Position numbers and translations under genes: made by a program. 64,000 nt of DNA from NCBI GenBank assembly GCA_903884375.1, contig CAISER010000006.1:1080-65079 (forward strand), read 5' to 3'. This stretch comes from Candidatus Collierbacteria bacterium. Its GTDB lineage: Bacteria; Patescibacteriota; Microgenomatia; UBA1400; MFAQ01. The notes under the pieces were generated by a model, which ran no database searches, had not been told where the DNA came from, and saw only the letters and a program-made list of their open reading frames with translations. Of this stretch, positions 36,733 through 45,036 are shown piece by piece; the first letter of the stretch is position 1, and each line of letters opens with the position of its first letter.

Positions 36733-38065
36733 GGAGTATTCCTTTTAATCCGGTAAGGTTTTCCCAACGTTTTTTGATTACTTCTGCATATATGGGTGAT
36801 TTTTCCATGATGTAGCATCTTCGTTTCATTTTGGTGGCTGCAATTAAGGTTGATCCACTACCTCCAAAGGGTTCGATGATGAGATCACCTCGTTTTGTAA
36901 GGACTTTGATATATGGAATCAATATCTCCGTGGGCTTTGTACCAAATACAACTCCTTGTCCGGAATGTTTCTCATCCGAAGCGTTGAACTCGATGAAATC
37001 TGTAGGTTGGGTTTTCTTACCTTTCTCGTAGCCTTCCCACTGTGGTTTGCCAGAGATGGCGTACAGGGCTGTTTCGTATTCTTGTTGAAGTCCATCTTGT
37101 TCCTCCTCATTGTTGTACTCAATATCAGAATCTTGTGATGCCCCAACCATGGCAATGTCGTGTTTGGAAAAGAATTTGTATTTGGCAGAGAAACCTTGGT
37201 GTCTGTTGGGTAAATGCCAGACGATCATGTTTTTCACCTTCCAATGTTTTTCCATCTCACCCCAGATGGTTCTTAAGTTCTTCCAGTTTTCGTAAACAAT
37301 GATGGAAAAGTGTTCTTTTTGAATCTGTGAGACGTTTTCCATCCATTTTTCCGTGAAGTCGGGCGGAAGACTTTCGGTTTCCAGGTATCTTCTGTCCCTT
37401 TTGGCTCCGAATCCTGTAACTGCTTTTCCGTGCTTGGTTTTTCCATTTAAATAATCCAAAATATATGGCGGATCGGTGAAACACATATCCGCTTTTTCTC
37501 CATCCATCATTTTTTGGATATCCTCAATTGCAGTCGAGTCGCCACACATAAGTCGACTTCCATTAAGCTCGTATATTTCTCCTTTCTTGATATTAATTTC
37601 CGTAATATCTAACTTCTTGAGTTCTTTCTGAAGGTCAAACTGTTCGGGAATGTCCACGACATCAAATATCTGGTCCAGTTCTTCGCTTGAAAATCCAATA
37701 TTGTTTAGGATTGACGGATCATACGTCGCCAACATATCCCAATCCCATTCGCCGATATTTTTATTTAATCGAAGATTTAGCTCTTTCTCAACCTCAAGAT
37801 CGGGAATATTGACATAAACTGCCGGTATAGTTTCGATTCCAAGCTCTTTTGCGATCTCTAGTCGGAAATGCCCGCCAATGACAATGTTTTTCCTTTCCGG
37901 AGCTTCATTGACAATAATGGGATCAACCAGACCAAATTTTGTAATACTTTCTTTAAGCTGGTCTGCCGCGTTTTTATCGTGCTTCCTGGGATTATAAACC
38001 GCAGGGTTTAAATCGCTTACTTTGATATATGTGACGGAAATATCCCGTCGGAGTTGTTTTTGCAT
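36716..38065 (-). CDS. ParB-like N-terminal domain fused to N6/N4 DNA methyltransferase (beta class)
   Basis: PAVYNPRK, FGLVDPIIVN, GGHFRL; LMCGDST, FTDPPY (motif IV), TKP, PFGGSGSTL (motif I). Confidence 0.92.
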   Translation of the reverse strand: MQKQLRRDISVTYIKVSDLNPAVYNPRKHDKNAADQLKESITKFGLVDPIIVNEAPERKNIVIGGHFRLEIAKELGIETIPAVYVNIPDLEVEKELNLRLNKNIGEWDWDMLATYDPSILNNIGFSSEELDQIFDVVDIPEQFDLQKELKKLDITEINIKKGEIYELNGSRLMCGDSTAIEDIQKMMDGEKADMCFTDPPYILDYLNGKTKHGKAVTGFGAKRDRRYLETESLPPDFTEKWMENVSQIQKEHFSIIVYENWKNLRTIWGEMEKHWKVKNMIVWHLPNRHQGFSAKYKFFSKHDIAMVGASQDSDIEYNNEEEQDGLQQEYETALYAISGKPQWEGYEKGKKTQPTDFIEFNASDEKHSGQGVVFGTKPTEILIPYIKVLTKRGDLIIEPFGGSGSTLIAATKMKRRCYIMEKSPIYAEVIKKRWENLTGLKGILHERQG

Positions 38066-38074
38066 ATGCTTTAC

Positions 38075-38225
38075 GTGGCTATTGCCACAAAAACTATGTT
38101 AATAATCAACTCCTAGACTGAGATATTTTTCGTCTAGGCCACATAGGTGATGTTTATCACCATTTGCCTTTCGGTAGCTCTTGCGAGCCTACTGTTATGC
38201 TCGGAATTATGTTGACCATACCCTG
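38075..38225 (-). ncRNA. Candidate structured 5' leader RNA of the ParB-methylase operon
   Basis: Several helices including a GCAA tetraloop hairpin, downstream of TATAAT at 38259-38264; family not recognised. Confidence 0.5.
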
Positions 38226-38432
38226 ACACTTCAGTAATTTTCCTATCCCACTACTTTAATTATATAGATTTTTGTTGAATTTTTCTTCCAACCAAAATAG
38301 AACATTATATTCTTCAGTTTATCTGCAATAGTAGACTCGTCACGTTTTCCTGCAATCGTTAATACTTCTTCCTTATCAGATTTTGACAACTGCTTTCTTT
38401 TTTATTCCCAATATTTTATTAACTGACACGGT

Positions 38433-38870
38433 CTACTTAGGTTGGGCGCTTGGGGTGGCCATGAATCTTCCAAGAGAAATCGACTGAGCTGTAATACTAC
38501 CGTTGGTGTTTTGTGTACCAATGGCCATGACATCATCTCCTGTTTTTAAATCGGTGATGGAAGCTTCCTGAGTTTTGTTTATTTTGGTCTGGGCGGAAAT
38601 AATGATTATCTTATTACTTCCATCAGCCGACTGAATGGTAATACTAGTAGCATCTTGACTGATAATTTTGCCCGAAACTGGGGCATTGCCTCTTATAGCA
38701 CCATTTCTTTGACCGACTCCGTTTTGTAGAGTTGTTCCATTCGCCTGTCTATTCACGCCTCGCATAAACTGTGAGGTCGTCTTTGATTTTTGATAGGTAA
38801 GACCCCCGAAGAACCCCAATGCCAGAGTAAGTATGCCGGTGATAACCGAGATTATGATTGTTTTATTCAT
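38433..38870 (-). CDS. Membrane-anchored OB-fold protein (DUF5666-like)
   Basis: TM ending GFFGGLTYQ; SGKIIS, DLKTGDDV..IG..N.NGSITA. Confidence 0.75.
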   Translation of the reverse strand: MNKTIIISVITGILTLALGFFGGLTYQKSKTTSQFMRGVNRQANGTTLQNGVGQRNGAIRGNAPVSGKIISQDATSITIQSADGSNKIIIISAQTKINKTQEASITDLKTGDDVMAIGTQNTNGSITAQSISLGRFMATPSAQPK

Positions 38871-38893
38871 AGTTTTGTTTATAGATTATTAAC

Positions 38894-38910
38894 CTGAATA
38901 TTGGCTGAAG
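38894..38910 (-). promoter_or_regulatory. Predicted OmpR-type binding box B1 (TTCAG-N6-TTCAG)
   Basis: 11-bp period, 10 bp upstream of TATAAA. Confidence 0.6.
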
Positions 38911-38911
38911 G

Positions 38912-40132
38912 TTATTCGTATCTTAGTGCCTCAATTGGCTGGAGATTTGAAGCACGTCTGGCCGGATACCAACCGAAGACAATACCAATAGCTGCCGAAA
39001 CAAAGAAAGCTAAGGCAATTGATTCAATAGAAATATAGAATGAAGAGGAATTAAATTTTGCGTAGATCAGCGAAGCAAGAATGCCAAAAATTATTCCTAA
39101 TATACCTCCAACAAAAGTAAGAATAACCGATTCGGCAAGAAATTGAGTGATAATAGTCTTTTTCTTGGCACCCAAGGCTTTACGCAATCCAATTTCGCGA
39201 GTTCTTTCGGTAACGGTGACCAGCATGATGTTCATAATGCCGATTCCGCCAACTAACAGAGAAATGGCCGCGATGCCGGTAAGTAGGGAAGTAAAGGTAC
39301 CCGTGACCGCCGAAGCGGTGCTAAGTATGTCTTCTTGGGACATAATAGAAAAATCTGCAAGAGTTGGATCGGTAAGTTTGTGGCGTTCTAATAATAAATA
39401 TCCGACTTCGTTTCTGGCTTGATTCATAACATTAGCATTTATTGCTTCTATTGCTATAGAGGAAAGATTTTTGGCTCCAAAAAGGAGTTTTTGGGCTGTA
39501 GAAAGAGGAACATATATAAGATCGTCTTGGTTCATTCCGGAACCACCCTTCGAAGTTGTTACACCAACAATAGTAAAGTTTTGACTACCAATCCTTAACG
39601 ACTGACCAACGGGATTGGCATTCTCGCCAAACAAATCGGTAACCACGGTTGGTCCCAACACAGCTACTCTGGTAGTCGAAGCGACATCTCTTTCGGTGAT
39701 GAAGGTGCCGCTCGCCATAGTAACACTATGTACCGACAGGTATGCCGGAGTGGCGCCAATTATCGAAGTGTTGGTATTACTTTTTCCGGTAACCACTTGT
39801 GACCTTCCTTGATATTCAGGAGAAACGTTCTTGACGGTCGTTATCGCCGGAGATGTTTTGACAGCCTCGGCATCAGCATTGGTAAGAGTGGTTCCGCCGC
39901 CGGCAGCACCACGAACAGCACCATTTCTTTGACGACTGGGAGATACGGTTAACAAGTTTGATCCAAGGGACTGAATCCTTGACTGAACTGCTTTTTGACT
40001 TGATTGACCTAGGGAGACAAGAGCAATAACGGAGCCAATACCAATAACAATTCCTAGAATTGCAAGGCCTGTACGAAGTTTGTTTAGTCTTAGAGTGCCG
40101 ACACTTTCGATGAGTTGTTCCGTTAATTCCAT
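38912..40132 (-). CDS. ABC transporter permease, MacB/YknZ family
   Basis: NKLRTGLAILGIVIG, VGGIGIMNIML.TVTERTREIG, PIEALRYE; start reassigned to MELTEQ. Confidence 0.93.
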   Translation of the reverse strand: MELTEQLIESVGTLRLNKLRTGLAILGIVIGIGSVIALVSLGQSSQKAVQSRIQSLGSNLLTVSPSRQRNGAVRGAAGGGTTLTNADAEAVKTSPAITTVKNVSPEYQGRSQVVTGKSNTNTSIIGATPAYLSVHSVTMASGTFITERDVASTTRVAVLGPTVVTDLFGENANPVGQSLRIGSQNFTIVGVTTSKGGSGMNQDDLIYVPLSTAQKLLFGAKNLSSIAIEAINANVMNQARNEVGYLLLERHKLTDPTLADFSIMSQEDILSTASAVTGTFTSLLTGIAAISLLVGGIGIMNIMLVTVTERTREIGLRKALGAKKKTIITQFLAESVILTFVGGILGIIFGILASLIYAKFNSSSFYISIESIALAFFVSAAIGIVFGWYPARRASNLQPIEALRYE

Positions 40133-40133
40133 A

Positions 40134-40847
40134 TTATTTAATTTTGTGACGACGCTGTGTATGGCTAATTGTGTCGCTAACAATTTTTCCATCGCGGATA
40201 AGGATAATTCTTTTGGCGTGCTCGGCGATATCTGGTTCATGAGTAATCATGACGATAGTATGACCTTTGTCATTTAGATCTTGAAATATATCCATTATTT
40301 CTTCGGCCTGGGCAGAGGCGATATTACCAGTGGGCTCATCGGCAAGAAGGAGGGCGGGATCCATAACTAATGATCTAGCTATGGCTACACGTTGTTGTTG
40401 ACCGCCAGAGATTTGGTTGCTGGTGTGAAACAGACGATCGCCAAGACCAACCATTTCAAGAAGTTGTTTGGCTTTGGCTTCTCTTTTTTCTTTGGGTACT
40501 CCGCCATAAGCCATGGGTAGCATAACGTTTTTTAATGTCGTTGTTCGAGGAAGAAGATTAAATGCTTGAAAAATGAAGCCAATTTTTCGATTTCGAATAT
40601 CTGACAATTGGTCGTCATTTAACTTTTCTACATTTTCACCATCAAGAATATACTCACCTTTTGTGGGCTTATCTAGTGCTCCCAATATATGCATTAAAGT
40701 GGATTTGCCTGATCCTGATGGACCCATGATGGCGACAAACTCTCCTTTATTTATTTTGAATGAAACATTGTCAACGGCTTTTGTCTCGACGATATCTGTC
40801 TTGTAAATCTTGGAAAGGTGTTTCGCCTCAATAATCGTGTTATTCAT
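40134..40847 (-). CDS. ABC transporter ATP-binding protein (MacB/YknY type)
   Basis: GPSGSGKST, ISGGQQQR, ADEPTGN, ITHE. Confidence 0.95.
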   Translation of the reverse strand: MNNTIIEAKHLSKIYKTDIVETKAVDNVSFKINKGEFVAIMGPSGSGKSTLMHILGALDKPTKGEYILDGENVEKLNDDQLSDIRNRKIGFIFQAFNLLPRTTTLKNVMLPMAYGGVPKEKREAKAKQLLEMVGLGDRLFHTSNQISGGQQQRVAIARSLVMDPALLLADEPTGNIASAQAEEIMDIFQDLNDKGHTIVMITHEPDIAEHAKRIILIRDGKIVSDTISHTQRRHKIK

Positions 40848-40851
40848 ACGT

Positions 40852-42210
40852 TTAGAAACCTTGTCTACCCTGGAATCCCCCTCCTAATCCTCCTGCACCA
40901 CCGAATGGAGAGCTACTTTCAGAGTTCCTGGTGGTAGTGGTATTTGAAGAGGCATTGGAGATGGTTGAGGTAATGACAACATCGCCTTCAGAGAGGCCAG
41001 ATTTTATTTCTGTTTGAGTGTCGTTTGAGTTTCCAATTTCAACAGGCACATCTGATATTTTGCCATCTTTTTGGACTTGAACATAGGAGCCGTTGGTCGA
41101 TGACTGGATTGCACTGGATGGCACCAACAAGACATCTGTTTTTGTTGAAGTAATAATATTGGCACTAACAGCCATATTTGTAAATATGTTTAGAGTAGTT
41201 TTGTCCAGAAGAATAGTGGCAGAGTAAGAAGTAACTCCTTGACTAACACTACCGCTAGTATTTACCGCAAGTACTGTTCCCGTGAGACTGTTATCTGGGA
41301 ATGCATCTAGGGTCAGAGTAACTTTTTGGCTGGAAAGTATAGAGGTAACATCAACTTCCGTGAGAGAAACTGTTGCCTGATATTGACCAAGTGGATTTTT
41401 TATGGCGCCAATTTTTTGGGATGAAACCGAAACTGAGTTGCTGGTGCTGTCTGTTCCCGAACTTACAGTAATTGATGCGGATGCGGCATTGCCAACAGTT
41501 ACTCCGGGAGCAAGGGTAAGATTGTTTAATATTCCTGATGCGGGTGCGATTACTGTGCGACTGACTTGCTGATAGCTTCTGTATGCGGCACTGGCTTTGG
41601 CATTGGCAAGAGCAATGTTGGTATTTGATATCGAGCTATTGGTTATGGCGGCATTATTGGCAGCAATTGCCTCTTCATACTGTTTATCAACAATAAGTAG
41701 TTCATTCTCTGTATAAGGATTTTTTGTGGCCGGATTCCACCCTCCAGAATGGGCATCGCGTTTGGCAGACTCGGCGTTCTTTAAGTCATCTTTTTTTTGT
41801 AACATCGTGATATTGTCGGTTTCTTTTTGTGTCAGCGCATTTTTGACGTTTACAAGAGCTTCTTGATAGTTATTCCAAGCTGTCGTTTGGGTTTCTTGGC
41901 CGACATCGTCAAGCGATAACTCTGCCAATTTTTGACCTTTGACCACCGTGTCGCCATTTTTGACAAAAACTTTATTTACTGTGCCACTAGCACCCGTAGT
42001 GATATATGTGGTGTCTCCTGAAGTGATGGTGCCTGACGCAGAAATGGTGGACATTAGGGTGCCTTTTTCGACTGTGGCTGTTTGATAGGTAACCTTACTC
42101 GATCCGGAAAATATTTTAGTGACTGCAAATAATACCAAACCAAGAACGATACAAGGTATGATGATTTTTGTAACGATAGGTAGTTGGAGATATCTTTGTT
42201 TTAGGTTCAT
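40852..42210 (-). CDS. Membrane-fusion/adaptor protein (MacA/YknX type)
   Basis: TM, V..GD.V.KGQ.LA lipoyl-like motif, coiled coil, IAPASG, VPSSAI, SGLSEGD. Confidence 0.9.
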   Translation of the reverse strand: MNLKQRYLQLPIVTKIIIPCIVLGLVLFAVTKIFSGSSKVTYQTATVEKGTLMSTISASGTITSGDTTYITTGASGTVNKVFVKNGDTVVKGQKLAELSLDDVGQETQTTAWNNYQEALVNVKNALTQKETDNITMLQKKDDLKNAESAKRDAHSGGWNPATKNPYTENELLIVDKQYEEAIAANNAAITNSSISNTNIALANAKASAAYRSYQQVSRTVIAPASGILNNLTLAPGVTVGNAASASITVSSGTDSTSNSVSVSSQKIGAIKNPLGQYQATVSLTEVDVTSILSSQKVTLTLDAFPDNSLTGTVLAVNTSGSVSQGVTSYSATILLDKTTLNIFTNMAVSANIITSTKTDVLLVPSSAIQSSTNGSYVQVQKDGKISDVPVEIGNSNDTQTEIKSGLSEGDVVITSTISNASSNTTTTRNSESSSPFGGAGGLGGGFQGRQGF

Positions 42211-42233
42211 TTTTTGTATTTTATGTGGGTAAT

Positions 42234-42250
42234 CTGAATACTAGCTGAAA
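42234..42250 (-). promoter_or_regulatory. Predicted OmpR-type binding box B2 (TTCAG-N6-TTCAG)
   Basis: 11-bp period, 10 bp upstream of TAAAAT. Confidence 0.6.
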
Positions 42251-43254
42251 TGTTGGGGTAGAGTAACAGTAAATGTGCTTCCGTGTCCGAAACGACTTTT
42301 TACTTTTATTTCTCCATGGTGCTTCTCAACAATCATCTTAGCTATGGAAAGGCCTAGGCCAAAACCTGATGCTTTTGATTTTGAACGAGAGGGGTCAGCT
42401 CGATAGAAACGATCAAAGATGAAGGGTAGATCTTTTTGTCTGATTCCTTGACCATGATCGGTGACCGAGAAAGATAATGTCTTATTTGTCTTGGCAGTTT
42501 TAATTAATATTGTTTTATTAGACGAGCTGTATTTGATTGCATTCTCGAGAAGAATAGTGATAAGACTTTCAATTTTTTCTTTATCTCCATGAAAATTTAT
42601 ATTTATGAGGTTTTTTTTGATGATTATTTTTTTACTGTTTGCTTGGGGAAGAATCTTTCTGACTGCTGATTCCATAACATTTAATATCGAAATGTTTTCA
42701 ATGATGGAGCTTCCATTTTGTTCTTTGTTTTTAGACAAATTGATTAACGACTCTGATAAATACTGAAGTCGATCAACATCGGCAATGTTATCTTTGATGA
42801 GCTTTTTAGCATCCACAAGAGTAAGTTTTTTGTCCATTAGGGCAACTTCCATGGCAGATTTAAGGGAAGTTATGGGTGTTTTTAGCTCATGCGATGAATC
42901 TGAAATAAAGCGGTCTTGATCTTCTATCATTTCTTTAATTGGGCGAAGTGTTTTTCCGGCAAGAAAATATCCAAAACCACCGGAAAATATTATGATTATG
43001 CTATTTATAATTAATATGTTTGAAAGAAGATGTTTTTGAGTTTCTGCCACGAGATCGGGGTCGGTAAGGAATGATTGCGAAACGAATAAAGTATCTGGGC
43101 GATACTGTCTTTCGAATCTGGTTCTTTGGGCTCTGGCAAATCTTTTAACTTCAATCATTTGAACATTGAATATCACAGCACTGAAGGTGAAACTTATTAA
43201 CATAATGATGAGTAGATACCATACGGTTAGTTTTAGCCGAGCTTTTTCAAACAT
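42241..43254 (-). CDS. Sensor histidine kinase (OmpR/PhoR family)
   Basis: Two TMs, SSHELKTPI, LLENAIKY, DHGQG, IFDRFYR, GFGLGLSI. Confidence 0.93.
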   Translation of the reverse strand: MFEKARLKLTVWYLLIIMLISFTFSAVIFNVQMIEVKRFARAQRTRFERQYRPDTLFVSQSFLTDPDLVAETQKHLLSNILIINSIIIIFSGGFGYFLAGKTLRPIKEMIEDQDRFISDSSHELKTPITSLKSAMEVALMDKKLTLVDAKKLIKDNIADVDRLQYLSESLINLSKNKEQNGSSIIENISILNVMESAVRKILPQANSKKIIIKKNLININFHGDKEKIESLITILLENAIKYSSSNKTILIKTAKTNKTLSFSVTDHGQGIRQKDLPFIFDRFYRADPSRSKSKASGFGLGLSIAKMIVEKHHGEIKVKSRFGHGSTFTVTLPQHFS

Positions 43255-43255
43255 A

Positions 43256-43930
43256 TTAGTTTTCTATTTTGTAGCCGAAACCTCTAATGGTTTTAAGTAG
43301 AAGTTTTTTGTTTTTAAACGGTGTCTCGATTTTTTGTCTAAGTTTTCTGATATAGACTTCTACCGTATTTGGAAGAACATCATCGTCATAGTTCCATACA
43401 TGACTTATGATTTGTTCTTTGGAAATGATTTTTCCAGAATGACGCATAAGATACTCGAGAAGTGAATATTCTTTACCGGAAAGGGAGATTTCTCTACCCC
43501 CCCTTTCAACTAAATAGCTTATTGTATCTAGTTCGAGGTCACCCGTTTTAAGTACTGGGTTTTGACTTCCTGAAGGGCGGCGTATCAGAGCACGGACTCT
43601 AGCCAGTAGTTCCTCAAAAGAAAATGGCTTGGTGAGATAGTCATCGGCTCCTGAATTTAAACCCAGTATTTTATCTTCCGTCTGACTTTTGGCAGTAAGA
43701 ACTAAAATCGGGGTGTGAATACTATCTTGACGAAGTTTTTTACAGATATTAATGCCGTCGATTCCGGGAAGCATAAGATCAAGAATAAGACAATCGTATT
43801 CTTCGGTGGTGGCGAGATCTAAACCGTCACGTCCGTCAAAGGCTAGGTCTACAGCATATTTTTCAAGCTCGAGACCCTTTTTTATAGTTGTGCCTATTCG
43901 ATGTTCGTCTTCAACCACTAATATTCTCAT
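43256..43930 (-). CDS. OmpR-family response regulator
   Basis: LVVEDE, DLMLP, GADDYLTKPF, NTVEVYIRKLRQKI, TIRGFGY. Confidence 0.95.
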   Translation of the reverse strand: MRILVVEDEHRIGTTIKKGLELEKYAVDLAFDGRDGLDLATTEEYDCLILDLMLPGIDGINICKKLRQDSIHTPILVLTAKSQTEDKILGLNSGADDYLTKPFSFEELLARVRALIRRPSGSQNPVLKTGDLELDTISYLVERGGREISLSGKEYSLLEYLMRHSGKIISKEQIISHVWNYDDDVLPNTVEVYIRKLRQKIETPFKNKKLLLKTIRGFGYKIEN

Positions 43931-43952
43931 AAAGCCACATTATACCCCTTAC

Positions 43953-43969
43953 CTGAAATTTTGCTGAAT
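43953..43969 (-). promoter_or_regulatory. Predicted OmpR-type binding box B3 (TTCAG-N6-TTCAG), autoregulatory
   Basis: 11-bp period, 10 bp upstream of TAATGT (8 bp from overlapping TATAAT). Confidence 0.6.
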
Positions 43970-44114
43970 TTTACATCTTACCTTTTTATACTGTCTTATT
44001 TGTCTTATATAGCCTTAAAATGAGACAGTCGTTATAGCGATGTTAAGGTCCGTGACCGTGCCGCTCAACACCCTGAGTGGCAAATTGATCGTCCCCTTAA
44101 ATAGCAATTATTGT

Positions 44115-44645
44115 TTAAAAAATATCTTCCGGTGGTAAAAATTCTTCACCGTTTAATTCTTTTGGCTTGTATTCTGTTTTTAGCCAAAGAATATAATCAC
44201 AACCGGTAGCCTGTTTGGCTTCCCTATCCCAACCAGAAGTCGAACATTTTTTCATTTTCTTTCCGGCGGCGGTGGTGTAAAGAACTAAGAGTTCGCCACA
44301 TTTAGGACATTTTTCGTCGAGCTTTTCCGTTGTACCGTTTATCCACTCGATATAATCACAACCTGTGGCTTTCTTTTCTTCTTTGTCCCAACCTCCGGCG
44401 CTACATTTCTTCATTTTTTTGCCAAAACGGGTAACTTGAAGAACTAATGGTTTGCCGCATTTGGGACATTTTTCATCAAGAGTTTGGGGCTCTATTTCAA
44501 GCCATTTGACATAATCACAACCATCTGTTTTGTGAGTTTCGGTGTTCCAGACACCGGTTGAACAACGTCGAAGTTTTCTTCCGGTAGGAGTTTCATTAAT
44601 ATCTGATAAGGGGGCACCACATTTGGGACATTTTTCTTCTTCCAT
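44115..44645 (-). CDS. Stand-alone topoisomerase-I-type C4 zinc-ribbon repeat protein (three repeats)
   Basis: Three EKCPKCG..L...CS...W......GCDY..W units. Confidence 0.8.
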   Translation of the reverse strand: MEEEKCPKCGAPLSDINETPTGRKLRRCSTGVWNTETHKTDGCDYVKWLEIEPQTLDEKCPKCGKPLVLQVTRFGKKMKKCSAGGWDKEEKKATGCDYIEWINGTTEKLDEKCPKCGELLVLYTTAAGKKMKKCSTSGWDREAKQATGCDYILWLKTEYKPKELNGEEFLPPEDIF

Positions 44646-44713
44646 GGATATTAGGTTAACACATCGAAAGTATAATTAATATAGGAATTATGTGGATTCT
44701 CAACAATGAATAG

Positions 44714-45031
44714 TTAAGAGAGATCTTTGAGAATTTGCTTGACCATTTTATTGGCAGCTACACGAATATCCTCCTCGATATCCGGACCAATGTGTTTTTT
44801 GAGATAAGCGATTAACTCAGGGTCATAAGGTCTTTCATGAACTTGAGATAAAAAAGTGTCATGGTGTTTTTGGTTTAGTTTTTCAAGAATATGATCGATA
44901 ATTCCTTGATATAAAATGTCATCGACCAACTGAAGAGCTTTTCCTTTTTGGTTTTCCTCTTCGGGCTTATTATTGATCAATTCAATGATTTCTGTTTTGA
45001 TTACTAAGTGGTCGAAAAATAATGGTGCCAT
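44714..45031 (-). CDS. Hypothetical protein
   Basis: 105-aa helical ORF in operon context. Confidence 0.7.
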   Translation of the reverse strand: MAPLFFDHLVIKTEIIELINNKPEEENQKGKALQLVDDILYQGIIDHILEKLNQKHHDTFLSQVHERPYDPELIAYLKKHIGPDIEEDIRVAANKMVKQILKDLS

Positions 45032-45036
45032 ATATT

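Larger units (their letters stand above)
27568..38264. mobile_element. Composite integrative island at tRNA-Gln (cargo unit plus serine-recombinase module); right boundary uncertain, may extend to ~44100
   Basis: tRNA 3'-end duplication, long direct repeat, large serine recombinase, phage-like ParB-methylase and HTH genes. Confidence 0.75.

Noticed and set aside
36716-38065. Type II restriction-modification system
   Set aside because: No adjacent endonuclease; the Mrr-like gene is 18 kb away and the ParB fusion points to a mobile-element methylase
38100-38225. Assignment as c-di-GMP-I, SAH or SAM riboswitch, or HDV-like ribozyme
   Set aside because: Only fragments match (GGCAAA, AGGCUCG); required consensus elements such as GCAAAG, GAGGAGCG or the nested pseudoknot were not found by eye
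40133-40240. N-terminal extension of the permease ORF
   Set aside because: Overlaps the ATPase gene; the ATG at 40132 directly follows its stop
44190-44640. DNA-level tandem repeats
   Set aside because: Explained by the three protein zinc-ribbon repeats
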